A stretch of 64,000 bases of DNA from Oikopleura dioica (Eukaryota > Animalia > Chordata): the NCBI GenBank assembly GCA_907165135.1, contig OU015568.1, positions 15,883,208 through 15,947,207 on the forward strand, in the 5' to 3' direction. Positions 22,298-35,112 of the stretch are shown here, one piece after another. Position 1 is the first letter of the stretch, and the number at the start of each line of letters is the position of its first letter. The notes beneath the pieces are model-generated. The model worked only from the letters and a program-made list of their open reading frames with translations, did no database searches and was not told the DNA's origin. The translations under genes were made by a program, and so were the position numbers.

Positions 22298-23397
22298 AAG
22301 ATATCAGATTTGCAGAGCTCACATCTTTTCACTGATTAAAATTATTTTAAAATTTGCCCTTCTGATTTTATTTTGATTTTTCCAATAAATAGATACTTAT
22401 TTTATCTGTTCAAGCTATAAAGCAAAGAATCCTCCGAATTCAATCTAAGCAATAGGCACATGTTTCTATGCATTTGCTCTCGCTGATTTGGGCAGATAAA
22501 AGACGCACTCTGAAAGCGCTGATTCTTTATTGCAATCTGAAGGTCCCTTGACCTTTGAGGAATCAATTCGCCTATCAGTGAATAGTGTGGTTTCAAACCT
22601 GACAGGCAATCGCGGATTTCGAAAATAATTCTCACGCGCAAGCGAGTTTTGAGTGTGTTTTTCCAACTCTGCTTCGTGCATTTATTTGTGTTTAATGATA
22701 GTTGTAAAGTAGGAACCGAAAAAAAATTGTTTGTCCCTAAAAGTCGTTTATTTTGTCCCTATCTTTTTTCCCGTGTCTTCAGACTCCTTAAAAACCTTAA
22801 AAATAGTGGTCGTCTTCAAAATTATAGTCGATTTTCATGAAAAATGCTGTTTTATACCTTAAAATGATTCTCAGCTCGTGTGGTTTCAGAAAAGCCCAAG
22901 AGCGTCTTGTATAAGAAACCCTATCAAAATTATTTTTGAATGGCTTATTATTATCTTAATTACTGTATATGCTCTTTTGGGGTACTACTGTATCAATGTA
23001 ATTTCAAATGACCATAAAATTTTTCCCACTTTTCCCCAGGAGCTTTTATAGCTTATGAATTATTTGTTATAATGATCCTTAAGACATGAGCATTCCGGCA
23101 CACTATAGAACTTTTTTTACAACAGACATGTCTATATGCGAAATCGGATTTTAATATTTTTTGATGAAGCTCGAAAAGTCTCTAGAATGTAGATTGATGT
23201 TTTGAGAAAAATGGAAAATTGATTAGTTCTAAAAAATCAAGTTTCAACCAAAATGTTCGTTTTGAGAAGCGCGCTACGAAGAGGCGCTGCTACAGTTCGT
23301 TTTTATCGCACAAAGCCTAAAATGCTCAGGTGCTCCTTGCTATACTCACTTCAAATTTATTGGAAAATTCAATTTTAGCGAGCTGGCCAAATCCCAC

Positions 23398-23667
23398 GGA
23401 ACCGACAAATTCGCCGTCTACGTCTCCACCTTCATGCTCTCCTACATCGGAATCATGCTCACAGAAGACATGTCTGCCGACGACATCGCCGAAAGTCTCC
23501 ACAGCTTCAAGCTCGCCCTGCGAAAGACCAACTTCGCCGACGAGGTCAGAGAAATCACGAAGCATTCGACAAGCTATCTGGCAGATGAGCATCCGCGAAA
23601 GACCTTTTTGGCCGCGACGCTGGGCATTTATGTTTTGATGACGAAAATAAATTCCATTTCTTTGTAA
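23398..23667 (+). CDS. Uncharacterised exon, possibly a distant relative of the precursor pro-region
   Basis: After a TTTTAG acceptor reads ELAKSHGTDKFAVYVSTFMLSYIGIMLTEDMSADDIAESLHSFKLALRKTNFADE...RKTFLAATLGIYVL. Codon usage looks coding. Confidence 0.45.
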   Translation, partial: GTDKFAVYVSTFMLSYIGIMLTEDMSADDIAESLHSFKLALRKTNFADEVREITKHSTSYLADEHPRKTFLAATLGIYVLMTKINSISL

Positions 23668-23913
23668 CGACAAAAATTTTGAAAATAAAAAAATGACTTT
23701 CATTATTTCGAAAGTATTTTTGAATCAAAGGCGATTGATTATTTTTATCTTTTTTTTTTTGTTTTATAATTTTATTTCACCGATTTTATTTACAGAGCCA
23801 ATAACTAGAACAATCTATTATTGGAGAAAGAACTATTTGCAGGCAGCGTAAAGCAGTTGTCGTCATTTTTTTCAAAGAGACTTTCTTGCAGTCTCTTTTT
23901 CGTTCAGTTCTTT

Positions 23914-24928
23914 TTACTTTGGCACGCAGCTATTGAATCCGTCCGGCGACTCAGTCACTTGCCCGTCGCAGCAGAACTGGTTGGGGCTGGCGTTGTTGAA
24001 GACTCGTGCGGCGTTGTTCACACCGCCACAGCACATTCGATCGGCAGTTGCGCTCTTTGCTCCTCGAACGCACATATCTTGGATTTCCTGATGGTCTGCG
24101 TTGTACAACATGTTATGATGTGCAGGCTCAAAAGCAACAACCTTAAAAAATAATCTCAGTGTTGCGAAAATAGCTGTAAATTTGGCCTAAATAAGATATA
24201 AGAGGCTTAATTATAAGCCCGTTAGGGAGTTCCAATTTTAAACCCGCCCGCCCGCTATGTTTTCGCCCCAAACATACCGACATCTTGGCGTGATCCTTGG
24301 CAAATTGCAGGTCGCACTCGCAAAGGGCCCGCTCGCACGTGTTTGGAGTATCTCTGCAGACCTTGTGAGTTTCTTCTACTCCATCGACGACCAAAACCTT
24401 GGTTCGTGGTCTTCTATAAGCAATAAACTCGCCAATGCACATTTCACCGTGCTGAGCGCGGGCGCATTGCTGGCAGAGCTTGTACTCACGGCACTTTTTA
24501 TCGAGTCTGTCGACTCCCGGTCCTGTGCCCATGTCCGACAGTGGTCGGTCGCCGTGAATCATGCAGTTGCAGCCGTAGTTCCAGTACTTGTCCGCGTCGA
24601 ATTCGGGCTCGATCGAGTAGAATGTCATCAGTTCCATCAATTGAGAGTACCTTAAACACCTGTTAGAGAGCTTCTTCATTCCTTTCTCTGACCTTCTTGT
24701 TTGCATTCGACCCTGAAGGAAGTCAAAAACATTGTAATCTTCTTTGTCTGATTCGAGATCTTCGAAACTCGGATCGAAGGCTGGATCATCGGAGTAGTCC
24801 GCATTCGGGTCGGGATTCGGGTAGGGCTTTAGCAATCGGTGAAAACCGGTCACGTGGCCGTCGAAATCGGAGTTGACGATGGCCGCGTGATTGTTTCCGA
24901 AAAAAACAAAAACTGGGAACAATTTCAT
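23914..24928 (-). CDS. Secreted PLA2-fold protein lacking the catalytic HD dyad, copy 2
   Basis: YWNYGCNCMIHG...GPGVDRLDKKCREYKLCQQCA...CERALCECDLQFAKD, a signal peptide and the same Cys-rich tail as copy 1. Confidence 0.85.
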
Positions 24929-25289
24929 CCTCTTTTTTAGTTTTTTAAAATATGTAAACGTGAAGTGAGATTCTCTTGATATTCCGTAACTAAATTCTAA
25001 CGGGTACCGCTAGAAAATTGGTGGCGCACGAAAGTCAGCTAGCGCGCGAGCACACTACTGATCGCCGCCAATTTACTCGTGTAAGGCGAGAATCGTGTTT
25101 TGAGCATAAATTCTCCACCGTGCCAAACACTGCTTCGCGCTCTTAGAACCGTTGTTTGCAATTTTTTCCGGGATAATCTTGTGGTCAATTCAACAAGCGA
25201 AACCCTAAATGCTTGCATGGTTTCACGAAATTAGGCAGGAATAACCCCTTAGTACGAAAACTCATTTATTGAAATCAGAATTTCAGAAA

Positions 25290-26292
25290 ATTTCGTAAGC
25301 AAATTGAGACACTCAGTAGTTGAATGCATGGCTCAACCATTCGTCGGATATGAAGACTTTCAGTTCTCCTGTGAAAACCTCGTCGAATTCATATTCTTTC
25401 GAATAAATCGTTTTTTCATTAAATTTGATGTCATGGACCATGGTCGAGCTTGCCAGTTGCGTTGTTCATTATTTGTGTGACCTGTTTTTGATGGTTTTCT
25501 TTATTTCACTCTCAATTGTTAGTGTGATCAATGATTTTGAATTTCGGAAGGTGTGTTCGAGGTCCGCACTTGAAGCATTGTTGTTTCATAATTTGGATTA
25601 TAAACGGCGAAGAATCCATCGCCAAAATTATTCTGAGTGCCGGTGTGAATCTTTTACAGGTTTTTGACGAATTACGTGAACAAAAGTCTTTATTCAAAAC
25701 CCTTTCGTGAACCATGTTATACTGACCATAGGCAGCATTTGTAGGAAAATCCACGCCAATGTTTATTTTAAACTGCTGCGAAGCTGTGATAGTTCCATAT
25801 TGTTTTCCTTTGGCTGGCGCTACTGGTTCGTTTCCAACGATTATTCGACAATTTTTGGGAACAGAACATTCAAAAGGACACGGGTTTGTTGGTTCCTGCG
25901 TTGTGCTTGTTAAAGGCACTGATGTAGCTTCCATCGTTTGGGACTCTTTAGAGATTTCTGTGGTTGATTCGATCAGGGAAGCAGTTTTGTTTGTTTGTTG
26001 CTTCATCGATGAGTGCTTGTGTCGTTTCCACCTGGTGACCTTCAGTTGTCAAAATTTTCTGAGAAGTCTTCTCTGTTTTCGATTCAATGGAATTTGAAGT
26101 AGTGAAAATCGGAGCATTTTTTGTTGTTTCGTCGATGTTTGCTGGTGTTGTCTTCGCAATTTCTTCTGTTGTTGAGTTTTTCTCATCTGGTTCTGATGAA
26201 AAAGGAGCAATTTTCAAATATACTGGCGTCAGTATCACTGAAATAAATAACGCTAGTTGAAGAACTGCCAACAAAAATGCAAAAAATCTCAT
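25290..26292 (-). CDS. N-anchored or secreted mucin-stalk protein with a probable beta-sandwich (LamG/lectin-like) domain; one frameshift
   Basis: Hydrophobic N-terminus, S/T/E-rich stalk, then CPFEC...QYGTITASQQFKINIGVDFP...RFTPALRI. The frames join if one AAAC unit near 25990 is removed. The domain call is from pattern only. Confidence 0.5.
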
Positions 26293-27018
26293 AAAAATAT
26301 TACTTTTATTTTCTAATGAAGGGCTCAAATAGCCAAAACACCCATAAATTAGTTGTTCCTGTCTAATTGTAAATATGATACGCTATTGGTTTACGACAAC
26401 TTACAGCTGACAGATTCTGATATCAACTGAACGTCAAATAGACCCCAGTTTCATCCGAAGCGCCCTCCAAACTCCCTGATAGAAACATCAATAATTTGGG
26501 TAGATACTGTAACTCCTTGAAAATAACAACCCCTTCACTAGATGCCTTTACAGTTATTGAATAAATAATGCGTTTCATGTCTCATATGCTCTCGATCTAA
26601 TCATTTCTTCGCAACGCACACGCGAGCCCAGGGAGTATCAGAAACCACAAAGGAGTATAATTCGTACCTGCGGTCACCCGAAGACAGAATAAACGTGGAC
26701 CTTTAAAAAAAGTGCGAATTGAGTGATCAATTATACATTTGAGAATAATATCATCCCGAAACGAAATAAAGAAGTGGAATCGACTCAACTCTATTATAGA
26801 GAATGCTCAGAGAAAAATGTGCTGACTTTGGGAAGGGTCTTTTCTGTCTATTCTTAATTTCAAATTGTAAACATGTGACATGTAGCAACATTGACCGAGC
26901 AATTATAACAAGTCTATTTTTGTTGTTAATACGATCGTTTTTTTAATCCAATAATTATTTAAACATTAATCGATTAAAAAAGATCATATTAAAATGAGCG
27001 AAAATAGTCTTGTTATAA

Positions 27019-27243
27019 TTGCTTGGTCAATGTTGTTACATGTCACTTTTTTGTTCAATTATTAATCATGAAACGTTTATAAACATAGGACCTCATCATA
27101 AAGCGCTATCTTTTATTATAATCGCGTTCATCTGCTCGTTATTGATGATTATGATCCTGTGTGGACATAAATACGAAAACATTGACGAGAAGGTGAGAAA
27201 GGAAGAATATGGAAAATACGACAGCTCAAGCTATCGATCTTGA
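27019..27243 (+). CDS. Possible small single-pass membrane protein
   Basis: Hydrophobic stretch ALSFIIIAFICSLLMIMILC followed by a charged tail. Confidence 0.3.
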   Translation: MLGQCCYMSLFCSIINHETFINIGPHHKALSFIIIAFICSLLMIMILCGHKYENIDEKVRKEEYGKYDSSSYRS

Positions 27244-27463
27244 ATTTTTCTGATTTTGACTATGAAACGTGTTAGAAATGCTATAAATAAAGTCATTAGG
27301 AAAAAAATATATCAACCGTATGTAAGATACGGTATGTTTCCAATACAAACGTGCTCCCACAAGTCATAAAAAGGAAAAAAACTAAGCAGAATTTTTGGCT
27401 TTTATTTAATTATTTCTAAGGAGTACAACAGTTTCAGGAAGAAAAATTTTCACGTGATATTTT

Positions 27464-30449
27464 CTAAAAATCAATTCGAGCAGGAACCTTTTCTGGATGA
27501 AGATATTTGTACGGAACTCTCCACGATTTGTTTCTGAACACATTAAAATATTCAGAAGACTTATAAAACTAGTACCTCTCGTCAATTTTTACTCCGATTT
27601 CTTGAATTTCCTTTGTGAATTGCTCTTGAATTTGCTGAGCGTTTTCTTCTTTGAGCAGTTTCATTGGAAATTCACCGAGATAGACCTTGAAAGTTTCAAG
27701 TTAAAAAAGACTAACCCTAACCCTAACCCTAACACTGTACATAGTTATCTAGAGTTACCTCAGTAGGTGGCGGTGTACTTAATGAGATAGTGACGCCCAT
27801 CTGAAGGACCATTCCGTCTTGATCGGGAAGTGTATTCATGATGTCCTCCATAGTTGCTGATTTATCGGCTGGTGCAGGCTGTCGGAGCAAAAAGGGATGA
27901 TGGGCTGTGTTTCCATAGATGTCGAACATTGGATAGCCGTCTGCGGCATGCTGCACGCTGGAGGAGAAAATGATTCCAGTTAGAAGATGAATCAGGTTAT
28001 CCTTGAAGTGTTTTAGTTAGTGAGAAAGGGAGCTCTTGTCCGTACTCTTGTGTCAATCTCGTTGAGTTTGACATCATCCGCATTTGAAAAGCCATAGTTC
28101 TGAAAAAAAAATGTGAAAAAAACGATGTCGATTTTTATCCTCGCCAACATTTGCTTCTTTGATCCAGTTTTGTAGCTCGCTGTCTTGGGCCAAATCATCG
28201 TCGCTTTTGTAATACAGCTCTATTATGCCACGGACATATTTTTTAATCGCAGCCCAGTAGAGAAGCGAATCGTCACGGTAGCCGAATTCTTTTATCTAAA
28301 AATCATCTCTTATTTACTTGATTCGTGAGTTTGATACTGGGCTCGGAAACTTTTGTAGAAAATCTGAGTCAGGGTCTGAAAGAGCTTAGCTGAAAAGCCG
28401 CGCAGCGGCTTTTAAAAAACCAAGCCGCTAAGCGGCTTCGCGATTATTACCATTACAATCTAGGAAAAATTCCGCGCGGCTTTTTATTTAAGCTCTTTCA
28501 GACCCTGACTCAGGTTTTCTACACAGCTTGCCGAGCCCAGGTTTGGTTACTCCGACCTTGTCGTCGAGAAGACCTCGCTTTTCGAGATTCTTCGGAACAT
28601 CGAAATCGTCGATTGTCCATTTTTTAAGCCCTCTTTGCATTAGTTGAACATGGCCTCCACCACCTTGAAAGAATTTGTCAAATATTTGGAAGAAAGCGTC
28701 CTGTTTTACCAAGTGAAAAGCCCATATCGCTCAAGGCACCAGAAGCGAGTAAACCGTTCCTTCCGTAGACATTGCTGTTGACGACATGCTAGGTAAAAGT
28801 TGACTATTGGCTTTTATCGGAAAAAAATACCAGCAAATGAGGAAACATCAAGCAAAAAAGAGGATGATTTCGCGAAACACAACGTCGGAGAGCAATGGCA
28901 AATGGTTCCGCTGTAAAATGGCAGCCGAGTAGATGCATGTTCAGTTGCTGGAACTGTCCATTGGCACTATTGAAGAATATTTTCGCCAACATCCAGGCAT
29001 TTGGCGGATCCTTTGGTGTAAAGACAGGGTTGTCTTCCGCCTTGTTTGAGAATAGCTGAATGGCGAGGGGCTCAAGATACCCTTCACTGTTGCAGTAAAG
29101 AACAAGCAGGGGCGACGACGTGTATCTTCCCTGCATGCACGGAATGCCTTCGAGAATCGAGTTGTCGACCATGTAAATACGTCCATCAGCTACAGCACTT
29201 TCAAAAGTGACACCCTCTGGCAAGCATTTCTCCAAATCCGCAGTGGGGATGTTGTAGTAGTCTGGAAGACTTTCAAAGACTTTCTCCACCCCTCTCGGGC
29301 TAAATTTTTACTTGAGACTAGTTCAAATAATAATGATTTTTTTACCTGCATCCGTTAATTTGCTGACGGGCAAATTCAGCGTCAGTTCTTAAATACGATT
29401 AAAAATTTTTAAATAATAAAGATAAAATCGTACTGCCATTCATTCCAGCAAGTTGAGCAATCCAACGCTCGCTCTTTCATCCAAGGCATAAGCAAGAGCT
29501 TGTTCACATCGTCCAATGAGTCGAAGTTTCGAAAAACCCCGGTGAATTTAGTCAGAAGAATACTGGAAGTAATGGCGCCCTTCCAGCTTCTGAAAAAGTC
29601 GTCGCGCTCAGCTGACCACTGGGTGTTCCTGTCAAGATCCTCGAATTTATCTGCTGTTAAATGACCAGTCAGCGAGTATTCGATGTTTTCTATTTTTTCC
29701 CATTCATTGATTCGTTGCTGTTCTGCGAGATAGTCTTCGCGAAAGTTTTGCTTGACAAAAGTACTTTCATTTTGGGGCAGAAAAGGTGTGCTCTCGGCTC
29801 TCGTCGATCCGTTTTTAACCCACTCGTAGAAGGGGAAGCAAAATTCGTCCGACTTTTATGGGTTCATCTGGCTTGGGCCCCTTATGAGGGAGCCTTACCT
29901 CGTTGCTGAGCGGTAGGCGTAAAAATTCGTTCTACGCCAATATGTATGCCGTATTTCGAGCCTCAGGGCGTGTCGGAGCAGCGAAACTGCTACGCGCTCA
30001 GCAACGGGTTAAAATCTAATTTCGGCGGTTCAAGGAACCAGTCCTTTGCGATAACGGTAACAAAGTCGACATACCAGTCGGGAGAAATACCTTTATCATC
30101 AATCACTAAACCTCAAATAGAACAAATTTCAAAAACAAGATCTTTTACAAATTTTGCAAAGAAGTGGCTTCCCAATATCCTCCATTTCGACATCGAACTC
30201 GTCTAACTCGCCCTTTTGAAAGTCATTTCTAAGAGACTTATCGATTGTTGTTGGAGTTGTTTGGCCCGTCTCTCCGATGAGCTGAATTTTTATATCCGCA
30301 TCTGTGCCGGCTTTCTTCGTGTTTCCAGTTTTCACGACGATTTTGTAAGGTATTCGTCCAGTGAGAGAAGCCTTTCGCTGCGAAGGTCCCGCGTCGTCGA
30401 CAACACATAATCTTTGGCAGCAGTCTAGTAGTCCATCAGTCGAGTCCAT
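27464..30449 (-). CDS. Animal-type lipoxygenase (PLAT plus catalytic domain)
   Basis: PLAT domain YKIVVKTGNTKKAGTDADIKIQLIGETG. Catalytic motifs YLEPLAIQL, WMLAKIFF, HLLGCHFTAEPF, HPLFCLMFPHL, GGGGHVQLMQR, YRDDSLLLW, QHAA and YKYLHPEKVPARIDF*. Confidence 0.93.
27711..27733. repeat. Interstitial telomeric tract (CCCTAA)n; further tracts at 12893-12906, 30634-30660, 33767-33792, 33861-33877 and 55496-55512
   Basis: Direct reading of 2-4 TTAGGG/CCCTAA units at each site. Confidence 0.9.
28337..28540. mobile_element. MITE family 1 copy in a lipoxygenase intron
   Basis: TIRs CTGGGCTCGGAAAC...CTTGCCGAGCCCAG. Degenerate TSD GTTTGATA/GTTTGGTT. Confidence 0.85.
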
Positions 30450-30519
30450 CTCTCTCTCTCTCGATTATGTGGCTGCTCATTATTGCCTCGTATTTATGGC
30501 AATCAGCTTCCGTTTTATT

Positions 30520-31032
30520 ATGTTTACGAAAACAAGTGCGGTCCCAAGCGTAAAAAATATGTCTAAAAATTATATCTGCGCCGGCAGAAAATTTCAGAAG
30601 ACTCGAAATCTGAGGAATAAGTTGAACCTCGAAGTTAGGGTTAGGTTAGGGTTAGGGTTAAATTTTGTTTCGAGGTTGAAGGCAGGAAATATAAAGACGT
30701 TCAAAAACCCAAGGGAAGAATTCGACGATTGGAGACTGACAAATGCCTACGTGATTATGCGAGGAATCCTCGATGTTTTGCAGCATATCGACAATACCTT
30801 CGAAAAAAATGTTCGAAAAGTTGAAATTGTGAGCTTTTGGGATAAAGACTCTTACGATCACTCCCTGTTTGATCTATCGAGAGATACTATCAAAAAGTAC
30901 GAGGCTGAGTGGGGCGCAAAAGTGACCTACGTCAAGCCAGAAGACTGGAACTCTGAAGAATATGCGGAGTTTTACCTCGAAGTTGAAAATGCTGTGTATA
31001 GAAAAATCGACGCTGAAAACCATGTCAATTAA
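30520..31032 (+). CDS. Uncharacterised protein divergent from the lipoxygenase; start uncertain
   Basis: Protein-like ORF segment FKNPREEFDDWRLTNAYVIMRGILDVLQHID...VENAVYRKIDAENHVN*. Confidence 0.55.
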   Translation: MFTKTSAVPSVKNMSKNYICAGRKFQKTRNLRNKLNLEVRVRLGLGLNFVSRLKAGNIKTFKNPREEFDDWRLTNAYVIMRGILDVLQHIDNTFEKNVRKVEIVSFWDKDSYDHSLFDLSRDTIKKYEAEWGAKVTYVKPEDWNSEEYAEFYLEVENAVYRKIDAENHVN

Positions 31033-31461
31033 TTGACGATCATTATCGACTTAGAAAGTGTACTAGAAAAACTCTAATAAAACAACGTTTCATGTTCAAA
31101 GTTCTGAAAGCAAACATCAATTTTCTTATCAATGGAACCAAAGGTGATCTCAGCAAGAAACGGTCCTTTCTCCTTAGTTGACGAGTTTTTAGCAACAACA
31201 ATTCTGCGTTGTTCCTAACGGAGGCAATACAAAGTGAGTTGAAGTGCCGACAAATAGTTTGATGTTTCATGTGATAACGAAAACGTGCGTTTTATCAACG
31301 GCTATAATTTGGTTTTGCAACACATTGAATTGCAATGTTTGCCCAAATTGAACCTCGCTATGCTCAAGAGTTCATCGTTTCTAGATCAAAAGTATCTTCT
31401 AAGATTTTCAAATTCAAACAAGATTTGCTGCTTCAATCCTCCTTCAACCAGATTCTAACGA

Positions 31462-32330
31462 ATGTTTTCAAACAACGAGTTTGCCGATGATAAGAGATCA
31501 AGCTTTGAGAAATACAGTCGACCTTCTGAAGGTGCTCTAGAATGGAAAAAAATGAATTCAGAATCAATTTTGATCAATTCATCGCCGGAAAAAGAAAGAT
31601 CATCGCAGAAAAAACCGGTTTACATTGCAAGAAAGACATCAAAACTTCCATCAGCTGGGAATTCCGGAATTCATAAAGGAAAATTTTCAAGTCTGAAAAA
31701 TTTTTGAAAAAGAAACTTTTTCTGTGAAAATCATTAAAAGACAGAAAACCGATCTTTGTAAAAGGACTCATCCCCACTTCTTATGATAGCGCTCAACAGC
31801 TGATGATTGATAATGAGGAGAAAAAGAGAAAGAAGAAACTTCTGAAAGAAAAATTTGCTCGATTAGAAGCTCGACGAGCAGAACGGCTCAACCTCAAGCC
31901 GCCAAAATTGGCTCTGGAAAAAAGTCGCAATGGTAAGAAGAAAGCTCTCAGCAACACAAAACCTAACTTTTTAGTCGTGCCAAAAGTCGAAATCATGAGG
32001 TTCGACGAAAGTGGTTTGGTTGAAGCCCCTACGCAAGAAAAACCTAAAATAGAAGAAAAAATATTCACCAAGCCACGAAGCATCATCAGTACCGATCGAG
32101 ATATTCGCGAGATTTTTTCATCGACAGCGATCGCCAAAACAGAAGTCGAAATGAAGCCTTTATGTTCGAAAAGTTTTATGTAAGAAAAACTCTCAAAACA
32201 TACGATTCCAATAAATTTAGCTATCAGAAGAAAGAAAAAGTCAAAAAATTAACTCGCGAGGAGAAAAGAAATTTGATGAGGCTCGACGTAAATCTTTGGA
32301 TTGCAGAAATGCAGTCGGAAATGGAATGAG
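31462..32330 (+). CDS. Uncharacterised Lys/Arg-rich multi-exon protein
   Basis: ORFs 31462-31707 and 31803-32183 are joined by plausible short introns. Confidence 0.45.
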
Positions 32331-32528
32331 TGTTGTGCCTGTTGACCTTCATTCGTTTCTGCAAGATTGATCAAAAAAGCTGTTCAATAATAAATTCGCA
32401 CCCCTTGTCCCTGTGGATCGCCCGAGCGGATATGAGTTTAATTATTCAAAACTGATCCTGAATCTGGAGGCAGCTAGAAAGATGTTCCTTCTTTTGAGAG
32501 TTCCGATTTTTACAGAGAAAACAGCTGT

Positions 32529-33774
32529 ATGAAATTTTTGGTACTAATACAAGTTTTGCTAGGACAAATTTTCGCAAACACAATACAAGTTACGGAAAAA
32601 TTTTGCGATCTAGTTCAGCAGCCAGATTTTGGAGAAGAATACGAAAATGGCAAATATATTGAATATCTTTACGACATCTTTGCGGATTATTTAAACCTAT
32701 ACGACGACCTTCCTGAAGCTCCTGATCCAACGAAGCCATCAAGAAGAACAAGAGAAATTCATCGTTACCAAAGAAGAATCGCATCGGCAGCAGCAGGTAT
32801 GTTCAAAATAAAGACGGGAACACCTGGGTGATCTAAGAACACGCACCCATTTGGCATAACAGTTGCGCCCATGTTTTTCCGAGTTTCGTAAATTTCTGAT
32901 TATTTTGCTTTATAACAAAGATGATTAGCAATTTTATGTCGAACAGAAAATTTGTTCACGTTTTCTTAAATGGCCTTGCTCAATTCTGCAATTTTTTTTA
33001 TAAAAAAGTACAAATCTGCGTTCGACAACCTGAGTCAGGGTTCTTAAAGAGTAAAATGAAAAGCCGCAAAGCGGCTTTTTTCAAAACGAAGCCGCAAAGC
33101 GGCTTCGCAAAAGTTAGTAACTCAATGAATGATTTTAACTAGCGAAGCCGCTTTGCGGCTTCCAAAAGAAAGCCGCTGCGCGGCTTTTAAGTTTTGCCTT
33201 TTAAAACCCTGATTCAGGTTTTCTGCACAGGTTGCCGAGCCCACGACAAATCAACTGATAATTTGTTGAGCTCTAAACTTACTTTTACTTTGTAGAAAGT
33301 GAAAACAAAACGGACCAGCTAATGTTGACAAGCGAAGAAATTGAGCATGGAAAAAACCACGAGTTTCCTGTTTACAACGAAACAATTCCAGCAAAACATA
33401 ATTCTAGCGTGAGCGTTGTTGATACTGGTGAACGCGTAAACAATGCCACAATCGAGGGAAGCAAAGAGAAAAGAACCGTGAGTTGCTTTTTTCCTTCGGC
33501 GAAAAAAACAACAATTTTGATTCAGGAAAAACCGCAACCGCGTGGTTGGAAAAAGAAGTGCGAACTGGACGAATTCAAATATGCACCGCACTGTTTTCGC
33601 TTTCGGACGCGACGCTCAGCCGCTCATCCCGGGATTTTACCAACGAAGATAAACGAAAAACTGCTTCAAGAGCCATCTTACCATTGGGTGCCAGAAATTG
33701 TTCGAGGGATGGCCGTTGATGGGCTCTATAAAGAAAATGGTCAAACCTATAATTTCCTTCACAAATTACCCTAA
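32529..33774 (+). CDS. Uncharacterised secreted protein (multi-exon); end uncertain
   Basis: Signal peptide MKFLVLIQVLLGQIFA, a GTATGT donor at about 32797 and a downstream 150-aa exon. Confidence 0.5.
33016..33244. mobile_element. MITE family 1 copy (intronic)
   Basis: Left TIR has an internal deletion; right TIR CCCTGATTCAGGTTTTCTGCACAGGTTGCCGAGCCCA. Four AAGCCGC/GCGGCTT palindromes. Confidence 0.85.
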
Positions 33775-34146
33775 CCCTAACCCTAACCCTATAGGCTATA
33801 CTTTTCGGGACTAAGCTACAAGATATTCGATCTTAAGGGTGTCAACATCAATTTTTTAAATAACCCTAGCCCTAACCATAAACCATAATTTCAAATCCCG
33901 ATAAGAAGCTAACGTTTGACCCACAAAAAGGAATAGCAGGAGCAATGACAGTTCTAGCAAAAAGAATATTGGAAAAGGAAAATATAGGTAAGGTCTTTTT
34001 TCGATGAAAATAATAATCAAACGCTCAAAATAGAGTCTTAATTGAACTAATTGAACAATAAGCAAAAATCCCTTTTTAGCTTACATCAAAAAATTGGTCG
34101 AGATCGATGTTGTGAACTTCCAAAGGCAGTGCAAGAACCGAACCAA

Positions 34147-35112
34147 TATGATTCAAGAAGGCAAGCTCAATCCTGAAAGACACGCTCGATCGGGCGATGC
34201 TCAAGCGGATGCATTAGAGAAGACGATATCTCGGGGAAAATCAGTTGTGAAAGCTGGTGAGCGAAAAGTACGCTACATACCGGTTGAGCCTGATTCAAGT
34301 CTTGAGAGAGAGGATAGGAATGGTTGATGAAAGATGCTCTGTTTTTATTTTAGAGGAGAGCTCGAATTTTCATACCAGTAAAAGAACTCTTGTGTCAGTT
34401 ATGGGATGCGTGCTTGGCTTCATGGTCTGTGCGACAGTTGGTTTAGGTGAAAAAACTCTTATTGAGCTCGAAAGATGACAATGTTCTCATTTTTTAGTTG
34501 TTCGCCATCATGGTCAAGACATCTCCAACAGCATGAAAGAAGCTGGCATCTCCAAATTCCGTACGCCTTGATCATTTTTAACCCCAATCATTTTCGATCT
34601 TTTTAAGCTCGCCTAGCCACCTCGCGAAAGTGGAAGAAAACATGGAAACCAGTGTTACCAACATTATCGGATTCCGAAGTGCCACAATCGCCTGGTTTTC
34701 GCCCCGCATTAGTGAGATTTAAAACTTGTCGGAACATTTTTTTCACGTTCAACTTTTTTCAGCTCTCATTTCAAAAAATCGCGTCTCGAAAAAATACCCG
34801 GTCGGTAACTCCTATTCCATTGAATAAGGACATTCCTTGGTAAGTAAAGTTGGTTGTTTTTAGATAGGCAAATTTGAAGAAAGTATTTTTGGAAAATCAT
34901 TACGATTATTTCATTCGAGCTTGAAATACAACTTGGAGTTACCAATGACCATTTACATTTCAGCATATCTGTCATTCCCCCGTCTCTTTCCGCGACTCCA
35001 GCAGCCACACCCGCGCTTTCATCGTGCTCAAGATCTCCAAGAAGCTCAAGATCTCCAAGAAGCGAGACTCCGTCGACAAAAGCCATTTCAGTTCCAACCT
35101 GACTCAGCCTAA
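34147..35112 (+). CDS. Uncharacterised single-pass membrane protein (multi-exon)
   Basis: Exons include a TM-like LVSVMGCVLGFMVCATVGLG and a last exon with an AQDLQE duplication. Confidence 0.4.

Larger units (their letters stand above)
15880..22650. repeat. Tandem segmental duplication of a head-to-head gene pair (about 15.9-19.3 kb and 19.9-22.6 kb)
   Basis: Coding, promoter and downstream sequences are colinear between the units (e.g. 16500-16715 vs 20531-20745; 18960-19260 vs 22270-22570). Confidence 0.9.
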
